Position numbers and translations under genes: made by a program. The notes beneath the pieces are model-generated. The model was not told the origin of the DNA. It saw nothing but the letters and a program-made list of their open reading frames with translations, and searched no databases. Below are positions 1-9,880 of a DNA stretch of 64,000 nucleotides, piece after piece (position 1 is the first letter of the stretch; each line of letters opens with the position of its first letter). The DNA comes from Nitrospirales bacterium (GTDB lineage: Bacteria > Nitrospirota > Nitrospiria > Nitrospirales > UBA8639), in NCBI GenBank assembly GCA_965203295.1, contig CBDBCZ010000019.1, positions 576,001 to 640,000 on the forward strand, given 5' to 3'.

Positions 1-408
1 CTTAGCCGGGCGGTCGGCCTGGGTTTCCAAGTCCATGAGTTTCAACAGTTCTTCGATACGTTTTTGGGCTTGATCCTTTGGAAGATGGTACAAATCTCCT
101 AAGAGGAGTAAGTGCTCTCTTCCCGTGAGGAACCGATCAATTGCCCGTTCTTGTGGAACATAGCCGATGAGGGCTCGTACGGTTTCCGCTTTCTCAACAA
201 CATCATGTCCGCAGATCATGGCTTTTCCGGTTGAAGGGCGAAGAATCGTAATCAGGATCTTTAACGTCGTACTTTTCCCAGCGCCGTTCGGCCCAAGGAG
301 CCCAAATATTTCGCCAGAAAAGATACGAAGAGACAGGTCTTCGACAGCCTTCACGGCTCCGTAGACTTTCCCAAGCTGATCGATTTCAATGGCGATGGAG
401 GAGTCCAT
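1..408 (-). CDS. ABC transporter ATP-binding protein (runs off the window start)
   Basis: Hand translation from ATG at 408: MDSSIAIEIDQLGKVYGAVKAVEDLSLRIFSGEIFGLLGPNGAGKSTT (Walker A), then a GYVPQE Q-loop; lies just downstream of the LON-domain gene. Confidence 0.9.
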   Translation of the reverse strand, partial: MDSSIAIEIDQLGKVYGAVKAVEDLSLRIFSGEIFGLLGPNGAGKSTTLKILITILRPSTGKAMICGHDVVEKAETVRALIGYVPQERAIDRFLTGREHLLLLGDLYHLPKDQAQKRIEELLKLMDLETQADRPAK

Positions 409-413
409 TACCC

Positions 414-1073
414 TCACCTAGGAGAAACAGAATGCTCATGAAGTTTAAATTCGAGGAGATCGATGAGTCGGCGGGCTTGTTGGAGCAGGTGATCGGATTC
501 TAAGAGAAATTGCTTTTCCAAAGTCGAAATATCTAAGCAGGAGGAAAGACAATTGACGAGTTGACAATCCGTGAGTTTCGGTGAAGAGATCAGGTTAGTG
601 AGACCAGACACTTTCCGGAGCTGAAAGTACGCCTGAGCCTTTCCAATAATAAGCGACCTGACTGAATCATCAATTTGGCTTTGAGGGTCTGAGGGTTTCA
701 ACGTCACCCGCCCTTGACGATAGCTTGCTTGAGACAATTCCTCAAGAATTTCAAATCGGTGTAGGCCTTCCAAAATGATATTGGAACGCCCATCTGGAAG
801 TGTCTCACACTGAACAATTCGACCAACGCACCCGAGTTGAAAGATAGGCGGGTTCTCATAATAGTGATCTTCCCATCCATCTTTTAACAGGACCATCCCA
901 ATGCAGTGTCCTTCCATATTGGCGTCTGCGACCATGTCTCGATATCGGGGTTCAAAAATATGAAGAGGTAAAAAGGTGTCGGGGAAAAAAACGACGTTCG
1001 GTAAGGGGAAAATGGGAATAATGTCTGGTATCGGGAACGTCTCTGATTGTGGTGTGAACTTCGGAGAAACCAT
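414..1073 (-). CDS. LON peptidase substrate-binding (N-terminal) domain protein
   Basis: IPIFPLPNVVFFP...LPLHIFEPRYRDMV...LPDGRSNIILEGLHRF motifs; no ATPase or protease domain. Confidence 0.9.
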   Translation of the reverse strand: MVSPKFTPQSETFPIPDIIPIFPLPNVVFFPDTFLPLHIFEPRYRDMVADANMEGHCIGMVLLKDGWEDHYYENPPIFQLGCVGRIVQCETLPDGRSNIILEGLHRFEILEELSQASYRQGRVTLKPSDPQSQIDDSVRSLIIGKAQAYFQLRKVSGLTNLISSPKLTDCQLVNCLSSCLDISTLEKQFLLESDHLLQQARRLIDLLEFKLHEHSVSPR

Positions 1074-1259
1074 GGGCTACGATAGCCGAGGGTCTTGAGA
1101 GTTGTCAACGGGAAGTTGGATCGTTTGCAGTTATCCAACTGATGAATCGCCCCTTCTGGTCTGGTTTTGCTGCGATAGATCCTCTATGATATAAGGCAGG
1201 TACTTCAAGAATTCTCATCGGGTCAACGAAGGTTTCCCAAAAAACTTATAGACGATACT

Positions 1260-2411
1260 TTGGATGAATTGTTTTTGATGAAACAAAAAATCTGCTTCAA
1301 TCTTTTGGCGTTTGCCATCGTTTCGCTCCCATCTACATTATGGTGTGATTCTGGTCCAACTCCCTCTTCAACTTCCCAATACGCTTTGCCAGGATACTCG
1401 TTTTCCTTCCCTTATGATCACGGGACCCATGACGAATTCAGGACCGAATGGTGGTACTTCACGGGCCACCTGTTCACAAAAAACAAACAGCGATTTGGTT
1501 TTGAGCTCATCTTTTTTCGCCGAGCCGTCCATGATCCTGAAGTCGTGAATCATCCCTCGAAGTGGGCTATTCGGCACTTGTATATGGCTCATTTTGCACT
1601 GTCTGATGGGACAACCCAACAATTTCGGGTTGCGGAAAAACTGAGTCGTGCTGGTTTGGGAAAAGCTGGGGCCAAACCTCGTCAATTGGAGGTCTGGATC
1701 GATGATTGGAGAGCGGAAGCCACAACCCCTGACCACAACAATATTCACCTTATCGCTTCCAAAGAGGGGTTTGCCGTGGATCTGCAGTTGTCCCTGAAAA
1801 AACCTCCAATCGTCCATGGGAAACAGGGAGTCAGTCGAAAGGGTGAATCTTTGGGTCAAGCGTCTCACTATTATTCTTTGACTCGTCTGAATACCCAAGG
1901 ACTGATCAGAGTCGATGAAACGCAGTTCGAGGTCACTGGCCTTACCTGGATGGATCATGAATTCGGATCAGGTGACTTGGGAGATGATCAAGTGGGATGG
2001 GATTGGTTCAGTCTACAACTAGAGTCTTCTGTTGAGGTCATGCTGTATCAGTTACGCTTGGAAAGTGGTGAGTTTGATTCAGCCTCCAGCGGGACGTTCA
2101 TTTTTGAAAATGGTCAATCCCGACACCTGCAGCAGAAAGAGTTTCAGGTTGTTGTACAAGACCATTGGGTCAGTCCACGAAGTCGTGCCAGATATCCCTC
2201 AGGGTGGACGATCACTATTCCATCTATGGAATTAGAGGTAAGGGTGACGCCTGTGTTCGTTGACCAGGAACTTCATACGCCCAAGAGTACCCGTGTGACA
2301 TATTGGGAAGGAGAGGTGGACGTTGATGGTTTTCTTGGGGGGGCTCCGGTTAAAGGGATAGGGTATGTTGAGTTGACTGGATATGCGGACCCTCTCGCAA
2401 AAGCTTATTAA
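1260..2411 (+). CDS. Lipocalin-like AttH/CrtC (carotenoid 1,2-hydratase-like) secreted protein; start probably ATG 1278
   Basis: FPYDHGTH..FRTEWWYFTG, ASHYYS, WMDHEF, GWDWFSLQL, YWEG, GYVELTGY motifs; N-terminal signal-like segment. Confidence 0.85.
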   Translation: MDELFLMKQKICFNLLAFAIVSLPSTLWCDSGPTPSSTSQYALPGYSFSFPYDHGTHDEFRTEWWYFTGHLFTKNKQRFGFELIFFRRAVHDPEVVNHPSKWAIRHLYMAHFALSDGTTQQFRVAEKLSRAGLGKAGAKPRQLEVWIDDWRAEATTPDHNNIHLIASKEGFAVDLQLSLKKPPIVHGKQGVSRKGESLGQASHYYSLTRLNTQGLIRVDETQFEVTGLTWMDHEFGSGDLGDDQVGWDWFSLQLESSVEVMLYQLRLESGEFDSASSGTFIFENGQSRHLQQKEFQVVVQDHWVSPRSRARYPSGWTITIPSMELEVRVTPVFVDQELHTPKSTRVTYWEGEVDVDGFLGGAPVKGIGYVELTGYADPLAKAY

Positions 2412-2425
2412 AAGAGATCTTCCAA

Positions 2426-2454
2426 CTCGGCACTCCATTCTCGGCACTCCATTC
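2426..2454. repeat. 14-bp tandem duplication (CTCGGCACTCCATT x2)
   Basis: Read directly in the intergenic sequence. Confidence 0.85.
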
Positions 2455-2545
2455 AGCAAGGATCTATAATGACAATCAAGACGCTGAGAATGGCTTTACG
2501 CGATGGAATAGTGATTGGCGTAAGGATGTGTGACGTCCCTGTTGA

Positions 2546-3595
2546 GTGATGATAGGTCTTCAAAAAATAAGGGTTTTGGCCTTTGGCTCCCTTTTCTTCG
2601 TGTTCATGCTGACTGGATGTGGAAGTCGTGACGACACGGTTGTGTCGATTGCCATTCATCCCATCAAAAACAATATTATGTATGTGGCGACGAATGAGGC
2701 CGTTTATAAAACTCGCGATAGAGGCGAGTCTTGGAACAGATTGAACGGAGAATTGCAACGAACGCGGGTGATAAACCTTGCTATTGATCCGCTTCTCCCG
2801 GCCAATGTTTTTGCAGGAACCATGTCTGATGGTGTGTACAAGAGTCCTGATGGTGGGCGACGCTGGTTGGTACACAATTCAGGAATTCAAAAAGGAACCA
2901 TTTCCGTTAATGTGCAGGATCTGGTCTTTAACCCAAGAAATACCCAAGCACTTTATGCTGCCACGACCGTGGGTATTTTTCGGAGCACAGATGGAGGACA
3001 ATCTTGGACCCAACGAATGGCGGGAATGACGGAAGTCAATTTTGTCGTCTCGTTAGCTCTTGATCCTGAGTTCCCCAATATCGTGTTTGCTGGAACAAGC
3101 GGGGGAATGTATCGGAGTGTGGATGCTACGGAAAGCTGGGTAAAAATTAATTCCGGTCTCGTTCCGGATACAGCCAAAATGGCTTCCATGGCATTGGGAG
3201 TGAATGTCATCGTGATCGATCCTCTGACAACCGAGACCATTTATGTAGGGACGACCAAAGGGTTATTTAAGTCCAATAATCGCGGCGATTCATGGGACAG
3301 AATACAGGGGAATCTCAGTGATCAATATATCAGCACATTGGTCATTGATCCCAACAACCCAAAACTTTTATACACTGGAACAAGTGAAGGGATTCACAAA
3401 AGCCTTGATGCCGGTGCCCATTGGCAATCCCTAGCCCAGGGTTTGGAAAGTCACAATATTAGGATTATTCACATGGATCCGAAGGATCCCCAAACGTTAT
3501 TTTGTGGTACCAACGGAGGTGGCCTTTATCAGAGTACGAACGGTGGAGAGACGTGGGTTCGACTTCCCATAATCGCCACGATACAAAACCCCTAA
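2546..3595 (+). CDS. BNR/Asp-box (VPS10/Ycf48-like) beta-propeller lipoprotein
   Basis: Lipobox LTGC; repeated S/T-x-D/N-x-G-x-S/T-W Asp boxes. Confidence 0.85.
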   Translation: MMIGLQKIRVLAFGSLFFVFMLTGCGSRDDTVVSIAIHPIKNNIMYVATNEAVYKTRDRGESWNRLNGELQRTRVINLAIDPLLPANVFAGTMSDGVYKSPDGGRRWLVHNSGIQKGTISVNVQDLVFNPRNTQALYAATTVGIFRSTDGGQSWTQRMAGMTEVNFVVSLALDPEFPNIVFAGTSGGMYRSVDATESWVKINSGLVPDTAKMASMALGVNVIVIDPLTTETIYVGTTKGLFKSNNRGDSWDRIQGNLSDQYISTLVIDPNNPKLLYTGTSEGIHKSLDAGAHWQSLAQGLESHNIRIIHMDPKDPQTLFCGTNGGGLYQSTNGGETWVRLPIIATIQNP

Positions 3596-3690
3596 TTATT
3601 AGTATTTTATTATTAGGAAATTATACTATTTTATGTTCTCGCCTCCGTTACAATTCCATCTTACAAATCGACTAAATTCGGCGTAATTTT

Positions 3691-3708
3691 TGTTACGAAA
3701 ATGTAACA
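3691..3708. promoter_or_regulatory. Palindrome TGTTAC-N6-GTAACA, candidate activator site upstream of nxrA
   Basis: tgttac gaaaat gtaaca; a second copy with the same spacing lies at 3812-3829. Confidence 0.55.
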
Positions 3709-3811
3709 TTGGCAGGGCCAAACGTGATGATTCATTCCACGGGCATTCGAGACTTGAAAAATTGACAGAAACCTTTCAACAAAGATCCAATTATTTCATG
3801 AATTGGCCTAT

Positions 3812-3829
3812 AGTTACCTATTAGTAACA
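3812..3829. promoter_or_regulatory. Second GTTAC-N6-GTAAC palindrome
   Basis: agttac ctatta gtaaca. Confidence 0.5.
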
Positions 3830-4092
3830 TCATAGAAAAAATAAACTTACAAATGTTTTCAAATACTTATAACATCAATACTGTAAAGAGACCAACAGAA
3901 AAATATCCAAGTCATTTTTTACCTTCACAAAGTAATGTAAATAACTAAAATAGCTAAATAAAGATATAGAAAGAAGATCTATTGATTCGTGTTACCGTTA
4001 CTTTACGTTTGACCTAGTTTTTTTGAACTATCTAAATTTAATTTTTATAATAATTTCAATTAGTTATATCTATTTTATAGATTTTAGAAATA

Positions 4093-4135
4093 TGGCTCAT
4101 GTATTGCTTATATAAAAATATGGCTCATGTATTGC
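4093..4135 (+). promoter_or_regulatory. Two tandem sigma-54 (-24/-12) promoters for nxrAB
   Basis: TGGCTCATGTATTGC at 4093-4107 and again at 4121-4135; GG-N10-GC spacing in both; repeat period 28 bp. Confidence 0.75.
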
Positions 4136-4200
4136 TTATATTGTAGGGGTGGAACAAGGGATTTTTGAGGTTTTTACGTTTTGATCGAGAAGGAGTTTAC

Positions 4201-4320
4201 GTGAGTAATAATCCTCAAACAGTTCTGAGAAAGGAGGTGGTTGGTTTTCCGTGCCCACCACAGGGATTTAGCGAAGTAACCCAATGGGGATGGCAACCCC
4301 ATGAGGGTAGGTTTCATTAA
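4201..4320 (+). CDS. Putative 39-aa leader ORF upstream of nxrA (MSNNPQTVLRKEVVGFPCPPQGFSEVTQWGWQPHEGRFH)
   Basis: AAGGAG at 4190-4195, 5 nt before GTG; frame open to TAA 4318-4320; below the ORF-track size cutoff. Confidence 0.4.
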   Translation: MSNNPQTVLRKEVVGFPCPPQGFSEVTQWGWQPHEGRFH

Positions 4321-4355
4321 CAAACATTAAGCCTTCACATCAGGAGGTAAACGCA

Positions 4356-7300
4356 ATGTTTCTTTCTAGACGGCAATTTTTGAAAGTTACGACCGGAACA
4401 GTAGCGGCGGTGGCCTTGGCCGATAAGGCATTGGCATTGACCGCGTTGCAACCGGTTATCGAAGTGGGTAATCCACTTGGCGAGTATCCTGACCGGGCGT
4501 GGGAGCGTGTGTATCACGACCAATACCGGTATGACTCGTCCTTCACCTGGGTCTGTTCACCGAATGACACGCATGCTTGTCGGGTGCGTTCATTTGTGCG
4601 GAACGGTGTGGTGATGAGGGTCGAGCAGAATTATGACCATCAGACCTATGAAGACCTCTACGGCAACCGAGGTACGTTTGCGCATAATCCTCGGATGTGC
4701 TTGAAGGGGTATACAATGCATCGACGCGTGTACGGGCCATACCGGTTGAAAGGTCCGTTGATGCGGAGAGGCTGGAAAGCCTGGGTCGATGCGGGGAGCC
4801 CAGAATTTACTCCTTCCAATATGAGCAAATACAAATTCAATGCTCGGTATTTGGACGATATGTTGCGGGTGTCCTGGGATACCGCGTTCACCTATTTGGC
4901 CAAAGCGATGTTGGTCATTGCTGAACGGTACAGTGGCGAAGCGGGCGCCCGGCGTTTGAGGGAGCAAGGCTATCCACCGGAAATGATCGAGATGACCAAA
5001 GGTTCTGGAGTCCGGTGTATGAAGTTCCGGGCCGGTATGCCGATCTTGGGCGTTATCGGGAAGATGGCGGTCACCCGTATGAACGGGGGCTGCGGAGCCT
5101 TACTTGATACCTACATTCGTAAGGTCAAGCCGAAACAGGCTCAAGGTGGCCGGTATTGGTCGAACTATACCTGGCACGGAGACCAAAACCCTGCGCATCC
5201 ATTCTGGTCCGGCGTGCAGACCTCGGATATTGACATGAATGACATGCGGTTCTCCAAGCTGAACACGAGCTGGGGGAAGAACTTTGTTGAGAACAAGATG
5301 CCGGAAGCCCACTGGAAGTTAGAGAGCATTGAGCGGGGCGCCAGGGTCGTCGTGATCACTCCGGAGTATAACCCGACAGCCTATCGTGCCGACTACTGGA
5401 TCCCAGTGCGGCCTGAGACTGATGGGGCGTTGTTCCTTGGGGCCTTGAAAATCATGTTCGATGAGAACATGCACGACCATGATTTTTGTAAGTCCTACAC
5501 CGACCTGCCATTGTTAGTACGGACGGATACCCTCCAATATTTGGATCCTCGAGATGTTATTAAGGGGTATTCCTTGCCGGACTTCTCCAATACGTACTCG
5601 GGGAAAGTGCAAACGTTAAATCCGGCCAAGATTGCCCGATTAGGTGGATTCATGGTGTGGGATATCAATAAGAACCAACCTGTTCCCATTCATCGTGAGT
5701 TGGTTGGGTGGCATTTCACGAAGAGCGGTATTGAGCCAGCCATGACCGGGACGTACCGGGTGAATCTGCTCAATGGTCGGGAAGTGGACGTGCTTCCGAT
5801 CTACCAGCTGTATCAAGTCCACTTGCAGGATTATGATTTGGATACGGTCCATCAGATCAACCGGGCTCCGAAGGACCTGATTGTGCGATGGGCACGGGAT
5901 AGTGGGACGATCAAACCTGCCACCATTCACAATGGTGAAGGAACCGACCACTACTTCCATCAAACTATCATTGCGCGCGGCGCCGCGATGGTCTTGATTG
6001 TGGCCGGAAACGTGGGAAAATTCGGGACAGGACAGCATACCTGGGCCGGAAACTACAAGGCCGGTATCTGGACGTCCACGCCGTGGTCCGGAGGAGGACT
6101 CGGGACGCATACGGCAGAGAATCCCTTCAAGATCACGTTAGACCCGGATGCGCATGGGAAAGAAGTCCATGTGCGAGGGTACTACTACGGCGAAGAGGTC
6201 GCGTACTGGAACCATGGGGACACTGCGCTGATCGTCAATACGCCGAAGTATGGGCGACGGGTGTTCACCGGGAAGACGCATATGCCCACGCCGAGTAAAT
6301 TCCGTTGGGTGGCCAACGTGAACGTGGTCAACAATGCGAAGCATCACTATGACATGGTGAAGAACGTCGATCCGCACATTGAGACTGTGGTCACTCAAGA
6401 CATTGAGATGACATCAGACGTGAACCATGCGGACGTGGCGTTTGGCGTGAACACCTGGATGGAGTTTACCTATCCAGAGCACACGGCCACGGTGTCGAAT
6501 CCGTGGTTCCAAGTGTGGAAGGGCGGCATTCGGCCGTTGTATGACACTCGGAACGATCTCGATACGTGCGCAGGTGTGGCCGCGAAGTTGACGGCGATGA
6601 CCGGCGACAAGCGGTTCCGCGATTACTTCAAGTTCGTCTACGACAATCGTGTGGATGTGTACGTGCAACGGTTGTTAGATGCCAGCAGCACGGGCTACGG
6701 CTACAGTGTGGACACGATGCTGAAATCGGAGAAGGGCTGGATGGTGTTGTGCCGGACCTATCCGCGGCATCCATTCTGGGAAGAGACGAACGAGAGCAAG
6801 CCACAATGGACCCGGTCGGGCCGATACGAGAACTATCGGATCGAGCCGGAAGCCATTGAGTACGGAGAAAACTTCATTTCGCACAGGGAAGGGACCGAAG
6901 CCACACCGTACCTGCCGAATGCGATCATGTCGACCAACCCGTATGTCCGGCCTGATGACTACGGGATTCCCATCACGGCGCAGCACCATGATGACAAGAC
7001 GGTGCGAAACATTGCGTTGCCGTGGCAGGAAATCAAGCGGTACTCCAACCCATTATGGGAGAAGGGGTATCAGTTCTATTGTGTGACGCCGAAAACACGG
7101 CACCGTGTGCATAGCCAGTGGTCAGTGAACGACTGGGTGCAGATGTATGAATCAAACTTCGGGGATGCGTACCGGATGGACAAACGGACCCCGGGTGTTG
7201 GTGAGCATCAATTGCACATGAATCCGCAGTCGGCGAAGGATCGGGGAATCAACGACGGTGACTACGTGTATGTGGACGGCAACCCGGTGGACCGACCGTA

Positions 7301-7793
7301 TCGCGGTTGGAAGCCGAGCGATCCATATTACAAAGTGGCGCGGTTGATGATTCGGGCGAAGTACAACCCGGCCTTCCCGTACCATGTGACGATGGCGAAG
7401 CACGCACCATACGTCGCCACGGCGAAATCCGTGAAAGGTCATGAAACGCGGCCAGACGGACGCGCGATCGCAATGGATACTGGATACCAATCCAACTTCC
7501 GCTACGGTGCGCAGCAATCCTTTACGCGTGACTGGTTGATGCCCATGCATCAGTTAGACTCGTTGCCAGGGAAACATGCGGTGGCCTGGAAGTTCAAATT
7601 TGGGTACCAGGTCGATAACCACGCGGTGAACACGGTTCCGAAAGAATGTCTGATGCGTATTACCAAAGCAGAGGACGGCGGAATCGGCGGCCGCGGACCT
7701 TGGGAGCCAGTCCGGACCGGATTTACCCCAGGTCAGGAAAATGAGTTTATGATTAAATGGCTCAAAGGTGACCACATTAAGATCAAAGTGTAA
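4356..7793 (+). CDS. nxrA: Nitrite oxidoreductase alpha subunit, periplasmic Nitrospira type (type II DMSO reductase family molybdoenzyme)
   Basis: Tat signal SRRQFLK; FS0 motif CSPNDTHAC...C; NYTWHGDQ region with the putative Mo-ligand Asp; 1145 aa; AGGAGG RBS; adjacent nxrB. Confidence 0.97.
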   Translation: MFLSRRQFLKVTTGTVAAVALADKALALTALQPVIEVGNPLGEYPDRAWERVYHDQYRYDSSFTWVCSPNDTHACRVRSFVRNGVVMRVEQNYDHQTYEDLYGNRGTFAHNPRMCLKGYTMHRRVYGPYRLKGPLMRRGWKAWVDAGSPEFTPSNMSKYKFNARYLDDMLRVSWDTAFTYLAKAMLVIAERYSGEAGARRLREQGYPPEMIEMTKGSGVRCMKFRAGMPILGVIGKMAVTRMNGGCGALLDTYIRKVKPKQAQGGRYWSNYTWHGDQNPAHPFWSGVQTSDIDMNDMRFSKLNTSWGKNFVENKMPEAHWKLESIERGARVVVITPEYNPTAYRADYWIPVRPETDGALFLGALKIMFDENMHDHDFCKSYTDLPLLVRTDTLQYLDPRDVIKGYSLPDFSNTYSGKVQTLNPAKIARLGGFMVWDINKNQPVPIHRELVGWHFTKSGIEPAMTGTYRVNLLNGREVDVLPIYQLYQVHLQDYDLDTVHQINRAPKDLIVRWARDSGTIKPATIHNGEGTDHYFHQTIIARGAAMVLIVAGNVGKFGTGQHTWAGNYKAGIWTSTPWSGGGLGTHTAENPFKITLDPDAHGKEVHVRGYYYGEEVAYWNHGDTALIVNTPKYGRRVFTGKTHMPTPSKFRWVANVNVVNNAKHHYDMVKNVDPHIETVVTQDIEMTSDVNHADVAFGVNTWMEFTYPEHTATVSNPWFQVWKGGIRPLYDTRNDLDTCAGVAAKLTAMTGDKRFRDYFKFVYDNRVDVYVQRLLDASSTGYGYSVDTMLKSEKGWMVLCRTYPRHPFWEETNESKPQWTRSGRYENYRIEPEAIEYGENFISHREGTEATPYLPNAIMSTNPYVRPDDYGIPITAQHHDDKTVRNIALPWQEIKRYSNPLWEKGYQFYCVTPKTRHRVHSQWSVNDWVQMYESNFGDAYRMDKRTPGVGEHQLHMNPQSAKDRGINDGDYVYVDGNPVDRPYRGWKPSDPYYKVARLMIRAKYNPAFPYHVTMAKHAPYVATAKSVKGHETRPDGRAIAMDTGYQSNFRYGAQQSFTRDWLMPMHQLDSLPGKHAVAWKFKFGYQVDNHAVNTVPKECLMRITKAEDGGIGGRGPWEPVRTGFTPGQENEFMIKWLKGDHIKIKV

Positions 7794-7864
7794 GCCGATT
7801 ATTAATGTGGTTGGTGATTACTGACATGTTGAACTGACGAGCGTTCAAAGAAACGGAGGAAATT

Positions 7865-9154
7865 ATGCCAGAAGTTTATAATTGGCAATTAGGCCGTAAG
7901 ATGCTCTATCCCTATGAGGAGCGGCATCCGAAATGGCAGTTTGCCTTTGTGTTTAACATCAATCGGTGTTTGGCCTGCCAAACCTGCTCCATGGCCGATA
8001 AATCGACCTGGTTGTTCTCAAAAGGGCAGGAGTACATGTGGTGGAACAATGTGGAGACCAAGCCCTATGGCGGGTATCCGCAGTTCTACGATGTGAAGAT
8101 CACGCAGTTGATTGAGCAAGTGAACCCAGGTGGCCAGGTGTGGAACGTCCGAGTGGGACGGAAGCACCATGCGCCATATGGGGTGTTTGAAGGGATGACC
8201 ATTTTCGATGCCGGCGCCAAAGTGGGGCAGGCGGCGATTGGGTATATTCCGACCGACCAGGAATGGCGGTTTGTGAACATTTACGAAGACACGGCGACCT
8301 CCATGCGGGCCATTGTCGAAGGCATCGACAAGACCGGCTTTAGCAAAGAAGAGCCGTGGCGGATGACCGGCAGCAGCTTGCCGGAGCATGAAACGTATTT
8401 CTTCTATCTGCAGCGGATTTGTAACCACTGTACGTACCCTGGATGTCTGGCAGCCTGTCCTCGGAAGGCCATCTACAAGAGGCCGGAGGATGGGATTGTG
8501 TTGATCGACCAGAATCGGTGCCGGGGTTACAAGAAATGCGTGGAGCAATGTCCGTACAAGAAGCCGATGTATCGGGGAACGACGCGGGTCACGGAGAAAT
8601 GTATTGCGTGTTATCCGCGGGTCGAGGGGAAAGACCCCTTGACAGGCGGCGAGCCCATGGAGACGCGGTGTATGGCGGCATGCGTGGGTAAGATCCGCCT
8701 CCAGAACCTGGTGAAGGTCGGTGAGGATGGGTTATGGGCCGAAGATAGGTGGAATCCCTTGTATTACACCATTCGGGTGGAACAGGTTGCGTTGCCCTTG
8801 TATCCGCAATGGGGCACGGAACCCAATGGGTTTTACATTCCGCCGCGGCAGGCCCCGCGTGGTTACATCCGGCAGATGTTTGGGCCTGGCGTGGACAACG
8901 CGATCGAGAAGTACTTGGTGCCAAGCCGGGAATTGTTGGCGGTGCTGCAGTTGTGGCGCGCAAGCCAGCAGATTATCTTCCGGTATGACGTGATTCCTGG
9001 CCCGTTAGTATTTGAGACCCAAATTCATGGGAAGAAGTTCCAGATGTACAATGATACCGTGTTGGGCTTCAACAAGTCGGGTAAGGAGTGCGTGCGGCAG
9101 CAGGTGGAAGAGCCGATTTACATTCGGCCAGCCGAGCGTCCGAACTGGTTGTAA
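7865..9154 (+). CDS. nxrB: Nitrite oxidoreductase beta subunit (Fe-S)
   Basis: MPEVYNWQLGR start; CLACQTC, CNHCTYPGC, CRGYKKC and CIAC Fe-S motifs; 429 aa. Confidence 0.97.
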   Translation: MPEVYNWQLGRKMLYPYEERHPKWQFAFVFNINRCLACQTCSMADKSTWLFSKGQEYMWWNNVETKPYGGYPQFYDVKITQLIEQVNPGGQVWNVRVGRKHHAPYGVFEGMTIFDAGAKVGQAAIGYIPTDQEWRFVNIYEDTATSMRAIVEGIDKTGFSKEEPWRMTGSSLPEHETYFFYLQRICNHCTYPGCLAACPRKAIYKRPEDGIVLIDQNRCRGYKKCVEQCPYKKPMYRGTTRVTEKCIACYPRVEGKDPLTGGEPMETRCMAACVGKIRLQNLVKVGEDGLWAEDRWNPLYYTIRVEQVALPLYPQWGTEPNGFYIPPRQAPRGYIRQMFGPGVDNAIEKYLVPSRELLAVLQLWRASQQIIFRYDVIPGPLVFETQIHGKKFQMYNDTVLGFNKSGKECVRQQVEEPIYIRPAERPNWL

Positions 9155-9180
9155 GGTTCGAGACGGGCGAGTTGTGCGAG

Positions 9181-9220
9181 AAAGGCAGGGACCCCGAATG
9201 GGATCCCTGCCTTTCTTTTT
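9181..9220 (+). terminator. Rho-independent terminator after nxrB
   Basis: aaaggcaggga...tccctgccttt stem followed by cttttt. Confidence 0.85.
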
Positions 9221-9361
9221 GCCTCAAGGTGGTATCAAGGAAAATGGGTGAGAGATTTCTTCCACATTTTCTCCTGTAGCAGAGAAAATCAATCATAAAC
9301 GTGGTATGCTAAAAGATAAAGCATGGGGCATTTCGTGTGAACAATCGAAAACTCTTGCTGA

Positions 9362-9703
9362 TTGAGCAAATTTATTGGAAAAAATCCACCAGATCTTATT
9401 CCTTTATCCGCACAACCTATAGCTTTTTGGGAATTATTGGAAAAAGGTAGCATCCCCAAAGAATGTTTACTCAGCGAATATACTGCACAGCAATTTGTCG
9501 AACGTTTGGTTCACTACGTTCTGAGTGTTCCCAACAAATTCTTTTCAATGGCACAGCTTTCCAGGTTATTGGAACAGTTGGACCCAAGGCTACAGATCTT
9601 CTTTTTTAAAAGGCTGAAAGAGACCAGCCCTCAAAGCCTCAAAGAATTTGCACCTCTCTACTATGGTTTTATGGCAGAATTTCATCCTCTTTTATTCACA
9701 TAA
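9362..9703 (+). CDS. Hypothetical helical protein
   Basis: 113-aa ORF with natural composition; TTG start uncertain. Confidence 0.65.
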   Translation: MSKFIGKNPPDLIPLSAQPIAFWELLEKGSIPKECLLSEYTAQQFVERLVHYVLSVPNKFFSMAQLSRLLEQLDPRLQIFFFKRLKETSPQSLKEFAPLYYGFMAEFHPLLFT

Positions 9704-9880
9704 ATCACCCTCGTTCCCTGGCCTCATCGCCTCTTTCTGTTGAGAAATGAATTGTGAGAATAGAGGGAAAAATTCTACGAAACTTCTAGAATGCCAACAA
9801 TAAAACTGACAAATTGTAGCGGTTTCAAGACGGAGACTGTATAATAGGAAAATTAAACAGCGTCAGGGTTAGGAGGAATA

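Noticed and set aside
1260..2411. Carotenoid biosynthesis (crtC)
   Set aside because: No crt genes nearby; the AttH-like lipocalin family is broad and this copy looks exported.
4088..4141. CRISPR-like direct repeat
   Set aside because: Only two adjacent copies with no spacer and no cas genes; it matches a sigma-54 promoter instead.
4543..9000. Many overlapping antisense and alternative-frame ORFs inside nxrAB, and likewise inside GH65, shc and smc
   Set aside because: They are shadows of long biased-codon genes, with no motifs or RBS.
4356..9154. Respiratory nitrate reductase narGH
   Set aside because: The Tat signal, subunit sizes, the MPEVYNWQLGR start and the absence of narJ/narI fit periplasmic Nitrospira-type NXR.
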